NCBI RefSeq assembly: GCF_000022265.1
Contig: NC_011979.1
Span: forward strand, 360,001-392,000
Direction of reading: 5' to 3'
Length of the DNA: 32,000 nucleotides
Source of the DNA: Geotalea daltonii FRC-32
GTDB lineage: Bacteria; Desulfobacterota; Desulfuromonadia; Geobacterales; Geobacteraceae
Shown in pieces: positions 1 to 8,723 of this stretch. Made by a program: the position numbers and the translations under genes. The notes under the pieces are model-generated. The model was not told where the DNA came from. It saw only the letters and a program-made list of their open reading frames with translations, and searched no databases. Every line of letters starts with the position of its first letter. The stretch's first letter is position 1.

Positions 1-891
1 ATGCAGGTCAGAAGTTATTTATTTGCTTTGGTTGCCGGAATGTTGTTGGCAGGAACGGTCCATGCCGAAGAAGTAAATCCGGTGGTGGGCAAAGTGGGGG
101 ATTTTGTTCTGCGTCAGGCCGACCTGGAAAGAGTTATCGCCAACCTGACACCGGAGGCGCAGCAGAAATTCCAGGGGGAGCAGGAGCAGGCAAGCCTCGT
201 CAACCAGATCCTGCTGACCAAAGCCCTGGCAGCCAAAGCGCGAAAAGAAGGCTTCGAACGGAAGCCGGAGGTAAAGGAGCAGCTCAGCTACATTATCGAC
301 CAGTTCCTGGGACAGGAATACCTGCGCAAGGTGGTGACGGCAAATGTGGAAGTGCCGGACGCAGAGCTGAAAAAATATTACCAGGAGCACGAGAAGGACT
401 TCGTCGTTCCCGAGAGGGTCAAGGTCAGGCACATCTACTTTGCGGCGGCAAAAGACGCGACTGCCGAGGTGAAGGCTCAAGCCAGGGCAAAGGCGGAGAA
501 AATAGCAGAGCAGCTGAAAAAAGGGGGAGATTTTGCCAAGCTGGCCGGTGAAAATTCCGAAGATACCGAATCGGCAGCCAACGGAGGTGATCTGGGTTAC
601 CTGACCCCCGGCAAGACCAACTCCGAGGAATTCGAGAAGGCGGCGTTCAGCCTGAAGGCGGGGGAGGTTAGTCCAGTGGTGGAGACCCCCTTCGGTTATC
701 ACATCATCAAGGTTGACGAACGCCAGGAAAAGCGGACGGCAACATTTGAAGAGACTAAAGATTATATCAGCTCCACATTGAAGGCGCAGCTGGAGGAGAA
801 AAAGGCCAGGGAATTTCTTGACGCGGTAGCCAAGGAGGGGGGGCTGCAGGTTTTCCCAGGCAAGAAGGCAGAGGAGAAAAGCGGGAAATAA
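1..891 (+). CDS. Periplasmic parvulin/PpiC-type peptidyl-prolyl cis-trans isomerase (SurA/PrsA-like chaperone)
   Basis: N-terminal signal peptide MQVRSYLFALVAGMLLAGTVHA. C-terminal parvulin domain motifs VRHIYF, GGDLGY, PVVETPFGYHIIKV. ATG is at window position 1, so upstream context cannot be seen. Confidence 0.85.
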   Translation: MQVRSYLFALVAGMLLAGTVHAEEVNPVVGKVGDFVLRQADLERVIANLTPEAQQKFQGEQEQASLVNQILLTKALAAKARKEGFERKPEVKEQLSYIIDQFLGQEYLRKVVTANVEVPDAELKKYYQEHEKDFVVPERVKVRHIYFAAAKDATAEVKAQARAKAEKIAEQLKKGGDFAKLAGENSEDTESAANGGDLGYLTPGKTNSEEFEKAAFSLKAGEVSPVVETPFGYHIIKVDERQEKRTATFEETKDYISSTLKAQLEEKKAREFLDAVAKEGGLQVFPGKKAEEKSGK

Positions 892-909
892 CCATAACCC
901 TATGAACGT

Positions 910-980
910 AAAATGGCCTGCCAGTGTGCAGGCCATTTTTGCTGTGTTGCAAAATCGACCCGCTCCTGGCGGGTTTTTTT
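910..980 (+). terminator. Two tandem rho-independent terminators after the PPIase gene
   Basis: Hairpin 1 is aaaatggcctgc/gcaggccatttt (910-921 pairs with 928-939) followed by a T-run. Hairpin 2 is acccgc/gcgggt (958-963 pairs with 969-974) followed by T7 (974-980). Confidence 0.6.
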
Positions 981-1101
981 GTGTCCGGTGTTTCACTTGA
1001 ATAGACGGTCAGTGAACAACAAACCAAGGAGTGACATTGACAGGACAAAAAGAGAAAATAAACTGTATTAATAAAAGGTTGTTAATTTGATGGAGGCGGA
1101 C

Positions 1102-1344
1102 ATGAAAAACACACTTTCTGCAATAGCGCTCCTTTCTTTTTTTATTATGGCCGGCTGCGGTACTACCGGCGGCACTGCTTCTGTCGGGGCACTTGGTGGC
1201 GCGGCAGCTGGTGGAGGGGTGTATGAGTATCGGCTGCATAAGGCAAAGCAGAGAATAGAGAGCGAACATAAGGCAGGAAAAATGGACGACAAGGAGTACA
1301 ACGCCCGCAAGGACGAGATTGAGCGGTTGCAGCTGCTCAAATAA
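1102..1344 (+). CDS. Small lipoprotein with a Gly-rich (glycine-zipper-like) segment and a charged helical tail
   Basis: GGAGG at 1092-1096 lies 5 nt before ATG 1102. Lipobox FIMAGC. The GALGGAAAGGG tract is followed by a KE-rich helix. The track ORF starts at TTG 1087, but ATG 1102 has the better RBS. Confidence 0.55.
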   Translation: MKNTLSAIALLSFFIMAGCGTTGGTASVGALGGAAAGGGVYEYRLHKAKQRIESEHKAGKMDDKEYNARKDEIERLQLLK

Positions 1345-1376
1345 CGCCTGCAGGTCTAACATTATGGGGAAGCGGC

Positions 1377-2834
1377 ATGGGCCAAATGAAATATATCTGC
1401 ATCTTTGCTTTATACGCGTGTCTTGTCGGCTGTTACGCCATGCATCCCTCCAGCGGCGGAGGCGGGGCGACGGAACTGGCAGAGGATGCCAGAACCGTCG
1501 ATCCTGAAGACATTGCCCTTCCTTTCGGCTATCGCATCGAGGCAGTTGCTATGGGACTGACCTTTCCCACCGGAGTGACCTTTGACGAAAAGGGGAACAT
1601 TTATGTGGTGGAGGCGGGATATTCCTATGGCGAGGTATGGGAAACCCCCAGGCTTCTTCGCGTCAGGGACGGGCAGCTGGAGGTAATCGCCGAGGGAGGG
1701 AAAAACGGGCCGTGGACAGGAGCTACCCGTCACGGTGGGGCCTTCTTTGTTGCCGAAGGGGGGGAGCTCAATGGCGGCAGGATCCTGCGCATCACCGATG
1801 ACGGCAAGATAGCTGTAATTGCCGACCAGCTTCCTTCCCGTGGTGACCACCACACCAACGGCCCTGCCGTCGGGAATGACGGGCTGATCTACTTCGGCAT
1901 CGGCACGGCCACCAACTCCGGCATCGTCGGCGAGGACAACCTTCGCTTCGGCTGGTTGAAACGTTACCCGGATTTTCACGATACTGCCTGTCGCGACGTC
2001 AGACTTGCCGGCGAAAATTTCCGGACCAAGGATGTGGTCAAGGGGGAAGGTGAGGTTGCAACCGGGGCCTTTGTTCCGTTTGGCACGACCACCGTTAAAG
2101 GCCAGGTGATAAAGGGACGAATTCCATGCAACGGAGCGATTCTCAGGGTGAAGCCGGAGGGAGGGGATTTGGAGCTTTTTGCCTGGGGCTTCCGCAACCC
2201 CTTCGGACTTGCTTTTTCCCCCGATGGAGAGCTGTTCGTTACGGATAACGGCTACGACGACCGGGGGAGCAGACCGGTTTTCGGTGCCGGAGACCCGTTG
2301 TGGCTGGTGAAACAAGGCACCTGGTATGGCTGGCCCGACTACAGCGCCGGACTGCGGCTGGATGAGGGCAACCAATTCAAACCGTTCCTCCAGGAAAAAC
2401 CGCGGCTCCTGCTCTCAGAGTACCCGAACCATCCCCCCAATCCGGCGGCCATCCTACCGGTTCATGCTTCGGCAAATGGTTTCGACTTTTCCCGTAGCGA
2501 CAACTTCGGCCATCGGGGAGAGGCATTTGTGGCCGAGTTCGGGGATCAATCGCCGCCGACCGGCAAGTCTCTCGGGGCAGTGGGATTCAAGGTAGTGCGG
2601 GTGGATGTACGAACCGGGGTCATTCATGAATTCGCCGCCAACAAGGGGAAAACGACAGGGCCTGCATCGGCTCAAGGCAGTAAGGGATTAGAGCGCCCCG
2701 TTGCCGCCCGCTTCGATCCGTCGGGAGAAGCGCTTTACGTGGTGGATTTCGGGATCCTTAAGGAGACGGCAAAGGGTACCGTTCCCCAGCAGAAAACCGG
2801 AGTGTTGTGGCGAATAACGCGGGAACTGAAATAG
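1377..2834 (+). CDS. Beta-propeller dehydrogenase-like lipoprotein (PQQ-dependent sugar / sorbosone dehydrogenase family)
   Basis: Lipobox LVGC near the N-terminus. Motifs typical of GSDH-type propellers: FPTGVTFDEKGNIYVVE, HHTNGPAVGNDGLIYFGIG, WGFRNPFGLAFSPDGELFVTDNGYDDRG. GGGGA RBS lies 6 nt upstream of the ATG. Confidence 0.7.
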   Translation: MGQMKYICIFALYACLVGCYAMHPSSGGGGATELAEDARTVDPEDIALPFGYRIEAVAMGLTFPTGVTFDEKGNIYVVEAGYSYGEVWETPRLLRVRDGQLEVIAEGGKNGPWTGATRHGGAFFVAEGGELNGGRILRITDDGKIAVIADQLPSRGDHHTNGPAVGNDGLIYFGIGTATNSGIVGEDNLRFGWLKRYPDFHDTACRDVRLAGENFRTKDVVKGEGEVATGAFVPFGTTTVKGQVIKGRIPCNGAILRVKPEGGDLELFAWGFRNPFGLAFSPDGELFVTDNGYDDRGSRPVFGAGDPLWLVKQGTWYGWPDYSAGLRLDEGNQFKPFLQEKPRLLLSEYPNHPPNPAAILPVHASANGFDFSRSDNFGHRGEAFVAEFGDQSPPTGKSLGAVGFKVVRVDVRTGVIHEFAANKGKTTGPASAQGSKGLERPVAARFDPSGEALYVVDFGILKETAKGTVPQQKTGVLWRITRELK

Positions 2835-2875
2835 TCAGACAGTGCCTGTCGATTGAAGAAATGTTAGGGGGCAAG

Positions 2876-3208
2876 ATGCGGCTGATTCCACTGCTGGTCA
2901 TATCGCTTCTCTTTCTGTCCGCTTGCGGCACTCCCCGGCGTGGCGAAAACGTTGCCGGTCCATTGACTCTTGTCACAGAGAAGGAAGTCAGAGGGGAAAG
3001 ATATTTCATGACCTACTGCAACAAGTGTCATCCCCTGGGGGAGAGCGGCGTCGGCCATGCACTGAACAACAAACCTCTGCCCGGCCCTCTGATAAGGACC
3101 CAGGTCCGTCTGGGAGCGGGAGCGATGCCTGCTTTTTCCAAGGAGTTTCTCCCCGACGAGAAACTTGACGACCTCATAGTCTATCTGCAGACCCTGAGAA
3201 AGCACTGA
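2876..3208 (+). CDS. Monoheme class I c-type cytochrome, lipoprotein
   Basis: AGGGGG RBS lies 4 nt before ATG 2876. Signal/lipobox LLFLSACG. Single CNKCH heme motif and a distal Met candidate (GAGAMPAF). The track ORF start at 2807 overlaps the upstream gene and lacks an RBS. Confidence 0.8.
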   Translation: MRLIPLLVISLLFLSACGTPRRGENVAGPLTLVTEKEVRGERYFMTYCNKCHPLGESGVGHALNNKPLPGPLIRTQVRLGAGAMPAFSKEFLPDEKLDDLIVYLQTLRKH

Positions 3209-3213
3209 TTCTA

Positions 3214-4380
3214 ATGGGACAGGACGACGCATGGCACAAGGAAAACCGGGAGCGGGTATTCTGGCAGGAGTTCAGCGTGCCGTGGCGCTTCCCGGTGATC
3301 TTCACCAGAAATGTCTTCGCCCCTGCCAATAATGCACTGGCGACCGTTTTCCAAGCTGCCGGTCCGGTCCCGGTTCTTGCCATTGCCGATAGTGGCGTTG
3401 CCGAGGCAAATGACGGGCTGGCCGATGCTGTCCAAGCTTACGCATCAAGCCACAGGAACGCGCTGAGGCTGCTTTCTCCTCTTCATGTCCTTCCCGGCGG
3501 CGAGAAATGCAAAAATGGGGCGGCCCAGGTGGATCGGCTGCACCGCCTTTTCCATAAGCACAAACTTTGTCGTCATTCGGTGGTGCTGGCTATCGGCGGC
3601 GGAGCATTCCTTGATATGGCCGGTTATGCTGCCGCCACCGCCCATCGGGGCTTGAGGCTGGTCAGGCTGCCGACGACGACACTGGCCCAGAACGATGCAG
3701 GCATCGGCGTCAAGAACGGATACAACTCCTTCGGCAGGAAAAACTGGGTCGGCACCTTCGCTCCCCCCTTTGCCGTCATCAGCGATCTGAACTTCCTCAG
3801 CACCCTGCCCAACCGGGAGTGTCGGGCAGGGCTTGCCGAGGCAGTAAAGGTGGCGGTGATAAAAGACGCCGGTTTCTTTCAACTGCTGTCCGGACAAAGG
3901 AAGAAGCTGGCAGCCCTTGAACTGGAGCAGATGGAGGAAATGATTATCAGGTGTGCCGCACTGCATCTGGAGCATATAGCTGCAGGAGACCCCTTCGAGC
4001 AGGGATCGGCACGTCCCCTCGACTTCGGCCACTGGTCTGCCCATGCACTGGAGGAGGCAAGCGGTGGGGAGATCCTCCATGGCGAGGCGGTGGCCATGGG
4101 AATGGCTCTGGATTGTCTCTATGCAGCAGAAAAAGGGCTCCTGAGGGAAGAGGAACGGGATCAGATCATCCACCTGCTCCAGGACCTTGGCTTCAGGCTG
4201 TCCCATCCGGTCCTGGCGGAACTGGATCTGGAAGGAGCTCTCGACCGTTTCCGCCAGCATCTGGGCGGAACGCTTTGCATAACCCTTCCGCTCGGCATCG
4301 GCTGCCGGGCTGAGTTTCACCAGATGGACCTGGAGGTCCTGCACAGTTCAAGGGACCGGCTGATGGCCCATAAAGGATGA
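3214..4380 (+). CDS. eboD: 3-dehydroquinate synthase-like sugar-phosphate cyclase (EboD-type)
   Basis: DHQS-fold motifs GGGAFLDMAGYAAATAHRGLRLVRLPTTTLAQNDAGIGVKNG and the metal-binding region GHWSAHALE...LHGEAVAMGM. The gene context with the TatD, EboE, NPP and UbiA genes defines an ebo cluster. Confidence 0.75.
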   Translation: MGQDDAWHKENRERVFWQEFSVPWRFPVIFTRNVFAPANNALATVFQAAGPVPVLAIADSGVAEANDGLADAVQAYASSHRNALRLLSPLHVLPGGEKCKNGAAQVDRLHRLFHKHKLCRHSVVLAIGGGAFLDMAGYAAATAHRGLRLVRLPTTTLAQNDAGIGVKNGYNSFGRKNWVGTFAPPFAVISDLNFLSTLPNRECRAGLAEAVKVAVIKDAGFFQLLSGQRKKLAALELEQMEEMIIRCAALHLEHIAAGDPFEQGSARPLDFGHWSAHALEEASGGEILHGEAVAMGMALDCLYAAEKGLLREEERDQIIHLLQDLGFRLSHPVLAELDLEGALDRFRQHLGGTLCITLPLGIGCRAEFHQMDLEVLHSSRDRLMAHKG

Positions 4381-4691
4381 CGATGCGACAGAATATCAAA
4401 CCAACGGCAATGGAGCTTCTGGAATGGGACTTTGTCAAGTGCCGTTCCCGGCTGCTGGAGATCGCCGCCTTCATCGATCGCATTGATCGCTTCGGGGGAA
4501 GTGAAGAGGCACGAAAGGATTTCCGTTATCGGGCACTTTTTCAGGCCCTGGAAATCATCTCCTCCGGTAAACAGAACCGGGTCAGGGAGATCCTGTTGCT
4601 CCTGAGCGATCCCACTTTGCAGCCCCTGGAGGACGTGTTGCCGCCGGAAATCGCGCAGGGTGCGTGGAGGAATGTTCCCGGTGATCATTGA
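4377..4691 (+). CDS. Small conserved-position protein of unknown function (occupies the 'EboA' slot of the cluster; not recognisably EboA)
   Basis: ATGA start/stop overlap with the upstream gene at 4377-4380. 104 aa, helical and charged, with no signal peptide. I recognise no motif. Confidence 0.45.
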   Translation: MTMRQNIKPTAMELLEWDFVKCRSRLLEIAAFIDRIDRFGGSEEARKDFRYRALFQALEIISSGKQNRVREILLLLSDPTLQPLEDVLPPEIAQGAWRNVPGDH

Positions 4692-5484
4692 GCCGCACAT
4701 CCACATGGTTTCCCGCACCACTGACGATTACCGGGCCATGGCCATGCATGGGATCGCCATCGTCACCGAGCCCGCCTTCTGGCCCGGATATGACCGGAGA
4801 ACTGCCGCAGGATTTGCCGATTACTTTGAACAGCTGACGGTCGCCGAACCGGTTCGGGCGGCAAAGTTCGGCATCAGCCACCACTGCTGGCTCGGCCTCA
4901 ATCCCAAGGAAGCAGTCGATCTCGGCCTGGCTCTGGAGGTGCTGGAGATCCTGCCGGAATATCTTGATCGGCCGACGGTCCTGGGCCTTGGCGAGATCGG
5001 CCTGAACCGCAATGGCCGCAACGAGATCAAGGTACTGGAGTGGCAGGTGGAGCTGGCGGCGAGGCGAAATGAACTGATCCTTGTTCATACTCCCCATCTG
5101 GAAGACAAGCTGAAAGGGACCCGTCTTATTCTCGATATAATTGGTGCCGATTCCCGCATTTCCACCGACAGGGTGCTTATCGACCACGCCGAGGAACATA
5201 CCGTCGACCTGATCCTTGAGAAGGGTTTCTGGGCCGGCATTACCCTCTATCCCCACTCCAAATGCTCTGCCGACCGGGCGGTGGACATCCTTGAGACCTC
5301 AGGTTGTGAGCGGATCTGGCTGAATTCTGCCGCCGACTGGGGGGTGAGCAATCCCCTGGCGGTGGTCGAGGCAGGAGAGGAGATGCGGCGTCGCGGCTTC
5401 AGCGAGGAGGCCATAAGCGGTGTGCTATTCCGCAATCCCGCCGCTTTTCTCGGCCAATCCCCGCGGTTCAAAGTCCAGTGCTGA
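4660..5484 (+). CDS. eboB: TatD-related metal-dependent hydrolase (EboB-type)
   Basis: Amidohydrolase/TatD motifs IEPHIHM (HxH), LGEIGLN, LVHTPH, IDHAEE. The start is ambiguous: GTG 4660 or ATG 4672. Both overlap the upstream ORF. Confidence 0.75.
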   Translation: MRGGMFPVIIEPHIHMVSRTTDDYRAMAMHGIAIVTEPAFWPGYDRRTAAGFADYFEQLTVAEPVRAAKFGISHHCWLGLNPKEAVDLGLALEVLEILPEYLDRPTVLGLGEIGLNRNGRNEIKVLEWQVELAARRNELILVHTPHLEDKLKGTRLILDIIGADSRISTDRVLIDHAEEHTVDLILEKGFWAGITLYPHSKCSADRAVDILETSGCERIWLNSAADWGVSNPLAVVEAGEEMRRRGFSEEAISGVLFRNPAAFLGQSPRFKVQC

Positions 5485-6554
5485 CCTACTGCACCAATAT
5501 CCACCCCGGCCACAGCTGGGATGAGATTGTGACTAAGGTCTGGCCTCAGGTGCTGCAGGTGAAGGAAGTAGTTGCTCCCGATGCTGCATTTCCGGTCGGA
5601 CTTCGGATTTCGGCACTTGCGGCCCGGCAGGTCACTCCGGCAGCAGCAAGAAGATTCGCCGACTGCTGCGCCGATGACGGGTGCTTTATCCCCACCATCA
5701 ACGGCTTTCCCCATGGGCAGTTTTATGGCACTCCGGTCAAGGAAGGGGCCTATCTGCCAGACTGGCGCAGCCCGGAGAGGGTCCGGTATACCCTGGACCT
5801 GATCCGGCTGCTCAGACTCTGGCTCCCCCCTTCGCTGACCGGTTCCATCTCCACCCTGCCCATCGCCTACGGCCGGTACATGTGCAGAGATGATCTGGGG
5901 GTGGTGCGGAAAAACCTGCTGACAGTGCTCAGGGAGCTGGAGTTGTCCGCTTCGGCCGGAAAACCGGTCATCCTGGCCCTGGAACCGGAGCCGGGATGCC
6001 TGCTGGAAACCGCGCGGGACGTGGCCCACTTCCTGGAAGCGATGGCCTTTCCTGCCGATCTGCGTCGGCTGATCGGCATCTGCTTCGATTGCTGCCATGC
6101 TGCCGTTCTTCATGAGGAACCACGGCGAGCCTTTTCTTTGCTGGGCGAGGCGGGCATAGCCGTGACAAAGATTCATCTTTCCTCGGCAGTACGTTTCGCC
6201 ACGAATCACCTCCAGGCAGCGGCACTATTCGGAGATGATTGTTACCAGCACCAGACGAGTGTCAGGAGCCATGCCGGTACCGTCCATTTTCCCGACCTGG
6301 CGGATGCCATCAATGATGTACCTCTGCTCCAGGGTGAGTGGCGCATACACTACCATCTCCCCATCTACGACAGCGGCAACGCCCTCTACGGGACAACAAA
6401 CGATTTCATCGGCGAGGTGCTCACCTGGGCTCCGCCCCAGACCCTTCTGGAAATCGAGACCTACACCTACGCAAATCTTCCGCCGAAATTGCGCCAGGGT
6501 GGCGTGATCGAATCCATTGCCCGGGAGTTCGCCTGGCTTGGGGGAAAGCTGTGA
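5478..6554 (+). CDS. eboE: Xylose-isomerase-like TIM-barrel protein (EboE-type metabolite traffic protein)
   Basis: GTG start overlaps the eboB stop (GTGCTGA, 5478-5484). Motifs YCTNIHPG, LEPEPGC, CFDCCHAAV, WRIHYHLP, LEIETYT. Confidence 0.75.
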   Translation: MLTYCTNIHPGHSWDEIVTKVWPQVLQVKEVVAPDAAFPVGLRISALAARQVTPAAARRFADCCADDGCFIPTINGFPHGQFYGTPVKEGAYLPDWRSPERVRYTLDLIRLLRLWLPPSLTGSISTLPIAYGRYMCRDDLGVVRKNLLTVLRELELSASAGKPVILALEPEPGCLLETARDVAHFLEAMAFPADLRRLIGICFDCCHAAVLHEEPRRAFSLLGEAGIAVTKIHLSSAVRFATNHLQAAALFGDDCYQHQTSVRSHAGTVHFPDLADAINDVPLLQGEWRIHYHLPIYDSGNALYGTTNDFIGEVLTWAPPQTLLEIETYTYANLPPKLRQGGVIESIAREFAWLGGKL

Positions 6555-7918
6555 AGCGGACAGTGGTCATCAATGTTGCCGGCCTCAGTTCCTCCCTTCT
6601 TGGACCCCATACGCCAAGGATCAATGAACTTGCCGACAGCGTTTCCCGGATCCATCCGGTCTGTCCTGCAGTAACCTGCACCATGCAGGCGACCTTTCTT
6701 ACGGGAAGGCTGCCGGCGCAACACGGCATCGTCGGCAACGGCTGGTATTTTCGCGATCTGGCCGAGGTTTTTTTCTGGCGACAGTCGAACCGGCTCATTC
6801 AGGGGGAAAAGATCTGGCAGGTGGGGCGGGCCATAAATACGGCCTTCACCTGCGCCAACAGTTTCTGGTGGTACAACATGGCCACCGATGCGGACTGGAG
6901 CGTTACCCCCCGTCCCGTATATTGTGCCGACGGGCGAAAGCTGCCCGATTGCTATACCCAGCCGCCGCACCTGCGGCAGGTCTTTACCAGGCGCTTCGGC
7001 GCCTTCCCCCTCTTTCGCTTCTGGGGTCCCGCCACCTCCATCGCCTCGACCCGGTGGATCGGCGATGCTGCCATGGCTATTGAAGAGCTCTATTCCCCGG
7101 TCCTTCATCTTGTATATCTGCCTCACCTGGACTACGTCCTGCAGAAGGTGGGGCCGGAAGGATCAATCAGTAGAGATCTGCGGGAGTTGGACGAAGCCTG
7201 CGGCAGACTGCTCGACTTCTTCCGGAACCGTGGCTGCCGCGTCATCGTTCTCTCCGAGTACGGTATTTCTGCCGTTGACCGGCCGGTCCATCCCAACCGC
7301 ATCATGCGGGAGGCGGGCCTGCTGTCGACTAAAACGGATCTGGGGCGGGAATACCTCGATCCTGGGGCCAGCAGGGCGTTCGCCGTGGCTGATCACCAGG
7401 TTGCCCATATCTATGTTCGCCAGAAAAGGGATGTGGAGGGGGTGGCCGCCCTGTTTCGCCAGGTGCCGGGGATCGAGCACATTCTCGACTCATTCCGGAA
7501 GAAGGAGTGGGGGCTGGGGCACGGCCGGTCGGGTGAGTTGGTGCTGGTTGCGGGCAAGGGAAGCTGGTTCAGTTATTACTTCTGGATGGATGACGGAAAA
7601 GCACCCGATTACGCAAGGACGGTGAATATCCATGCCAAGCCGGGCTACGATCCGTGCGAATTGTTCTTCGACCCCAAACTGAAATTTCCGGCGTTGACAG
7701 CGGGGCTCTCCCTATTAAAGCAGCGGATGGGGTTGAGGACGCTGCTGGATGTGATACCAATCGATGCCGGGCTCGCCAAAGGTTCACACGGCAGGATTCC
7801 CGAAGATCCCGGAGAACTGCCGCTGCTCCTGTCCTCGGACCCACAGCTGCTTAACTCTGACAGCGTGGCGGCCCAGGATGTATTTCATGTCATCCTCGAT
7901 CATGTATTCAGGGAGTGA
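6551..7918 (+). CDS. eboF: Alkaline-phosphatase superfamily / nucleotide pyrophosphatase-phosphodiesterase-like enzyme (EboF-type)
   Basis: GTGA overlap with the eboE stop at 6551-6554, with GGGGA upstream. Motifs VVINVAGLS, PAVTCTMQATFLTGRLPAQHGIVGNGW (nucleophile Thr region), YLPHLDY, GSHG. The track ORF start at 6338 is just an in-frame open extension inside eboE. Confidence 0.75.
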   Translation: MKRTVVINVAGLSSSLLGPHTPRINELADSVSRIHPVCPAVTCTMQATFLTGRLPAQHGIVGNGWYFRDLAEVFFWRQSNRLIQGEKIWQVGRAINTAFTCANSFWWYNMATDADWSVTPRPVYCADGRKLPDCYTQPPHLRQVFTRRFGAFPLFRFWGPATSIASTRWIGDAAMAIEELYSPVLHLVYLPHLDYVLQKVGPEGSISRDLRELDEACGRLLDFFRNRGCRVIVLSEYGISAVDRPVHPNRIMREAGLLSTKTDLGREYLDPGASRAFAVADHQVAHIYVRQKRDVEGVAALFRQVPGIEHILDSFRKKEWGLGHGRSGELVLVAGKGSWFSYYFWMDDGKAPDYARTVNIHAKPGYDPCELFFDPKLKFPALTAGLSLLKQRMGLRTLLDVIPIDAGLAKGSHGRIPEDPGELPLLLSSDPQLLNSDSVAAQDVFHVILDHVFRE

Positions 7919-7922
7919 AACC

Positions 7923-8621
7923 ATGAAGCCTGTTCGTATCTATCTCGAATTGTGCAGAGTCAGCAATCTGCCGACGATCTGGATCAACACCCTGGCCGCA
8001 TGTCTGCTGTCGGGCAACTGGCAGCTGAAGAAGATATTCCTGCTACTGCTCGGCTTTTCATTGATGTACTGCGGCGGCATGGCCATGAACGACTGGCTCG
8101 ATGCCGATATGGACCGGCAGACACGACCCGACCGGCCGATCCCGTCCGGTAGGATCGGTGCAGACGAGGCCAGGATCTGCTGGCTATCCCTCTTTGCCGT
8201 GTCACTTTGCCTTTTTTTTGCGGCCGGGGGCTATATCGCCTTCTGCGCCGCCGTAATCCTGCTGCTCTTCATCACAACCTACAACCTGGGGCATGGTCTT
8301 TCACCCCTTGCCGCCATCCCCATGGCTGGTTGCCGCTTCATGATCTATATGATCAGCGGCATTGTCTGCGCCGGAAAACCGAACCTTGTGCTCGTGCTTC
8401 TGGCTGCGGTGCAGTTCGGCTACATTCTTTACCTTACCATCAAGGCCCGGCGGGAAAAAGAAAACGGTCAGATCATATCCCAAATTCCCCTTTTTCTTGC
8501 CGGAGTGCCTCTCGTTGATGGTGTCGCCATGGCCCTCACCATGGGTATCGTTTGGCTCCTGGCCGGTTTTGCCGGGGGCATTGCCACCCTGGCCGCCCAG
8601 GCGAAAATAAGGGGCGACTAG
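7923..8621 (+). CDS. eboC: UbiA-family polyprenyltransferase (EboC-type)
   Basis: GGGAG RBS lies 7 nt before ATG 7923. Multi-TM protein with the NDWLDADMDRQ (NDxxDxxxD) prenyl-diphosphate binding motif. The track start at 7764 overlaps eboF. Confidence 0.8.
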   Translation: MKPVRIYLELCRVSNLPTIWINTLAACLLSGNWQLKKIFLLLLGFSLMYCGGMAMNDWLDADMDRQTRPDRPIPSGRIGADEARICWLSLFAVSLCLFFAAGGYIAFCAAVILLLFITTYNLGHGLSPLAAIPMAGCRFMIYMISGIVCAGKPNLVLVLLAAVQFGYILYLTIKARREKENGQIISQIPLFLAGVPLVDGVAMALTMGIVWLLAGFAGGIATLAAQAKIRGD

Positions 8622-8723
8622 CTCACGGACGGTGGACCAAGAACCGGGCAACAGCCGCAACAGCTTGAAATGGCGTCCGTTGCTGCCATACTGTTCATAT
8701 AAAATATTCCTAAGGAGATGGTC

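Noticed and set aside
19-996. 325-aa minus-strand ORF fully antisense to the PPIase gene. Similar long antisense ORFs occur at 1410-2375, 3445-4344, 5247-6209, 8301-9284, 13496-14452, 22733-23527 and 24491-25849.
   Set aside because: Each lies opposite a gene with clear family motifs. Their translations are Arg/Gly/Pro-rich low-complexity with no recognisable domains or RBS. This is the typical stop-codon-poor antisense frame of GC-rich coding DNA.
6338-6550. Upstream in-frame extension of the eboF ORF. The analogous extensions are 7764-7922 for eboC, 2807-2875 for the cytochrome c and 17021-17065 for the PMT gene.
   Set aside because: The extensions overlap the preceding genes. They lack an RBS and translate to non-homologous sequence. 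Downstream starts have an SD and/or start-stop coupling.
8622-8723. Sigma-54-like TGGC...TGC element (tggcgtccgttgctgcc) upstream of hcp.
   Set aside because: The GG-to-GC spacing is 10 or 13 nt, not the required 12, so it does not fit -24/-12 geometry.
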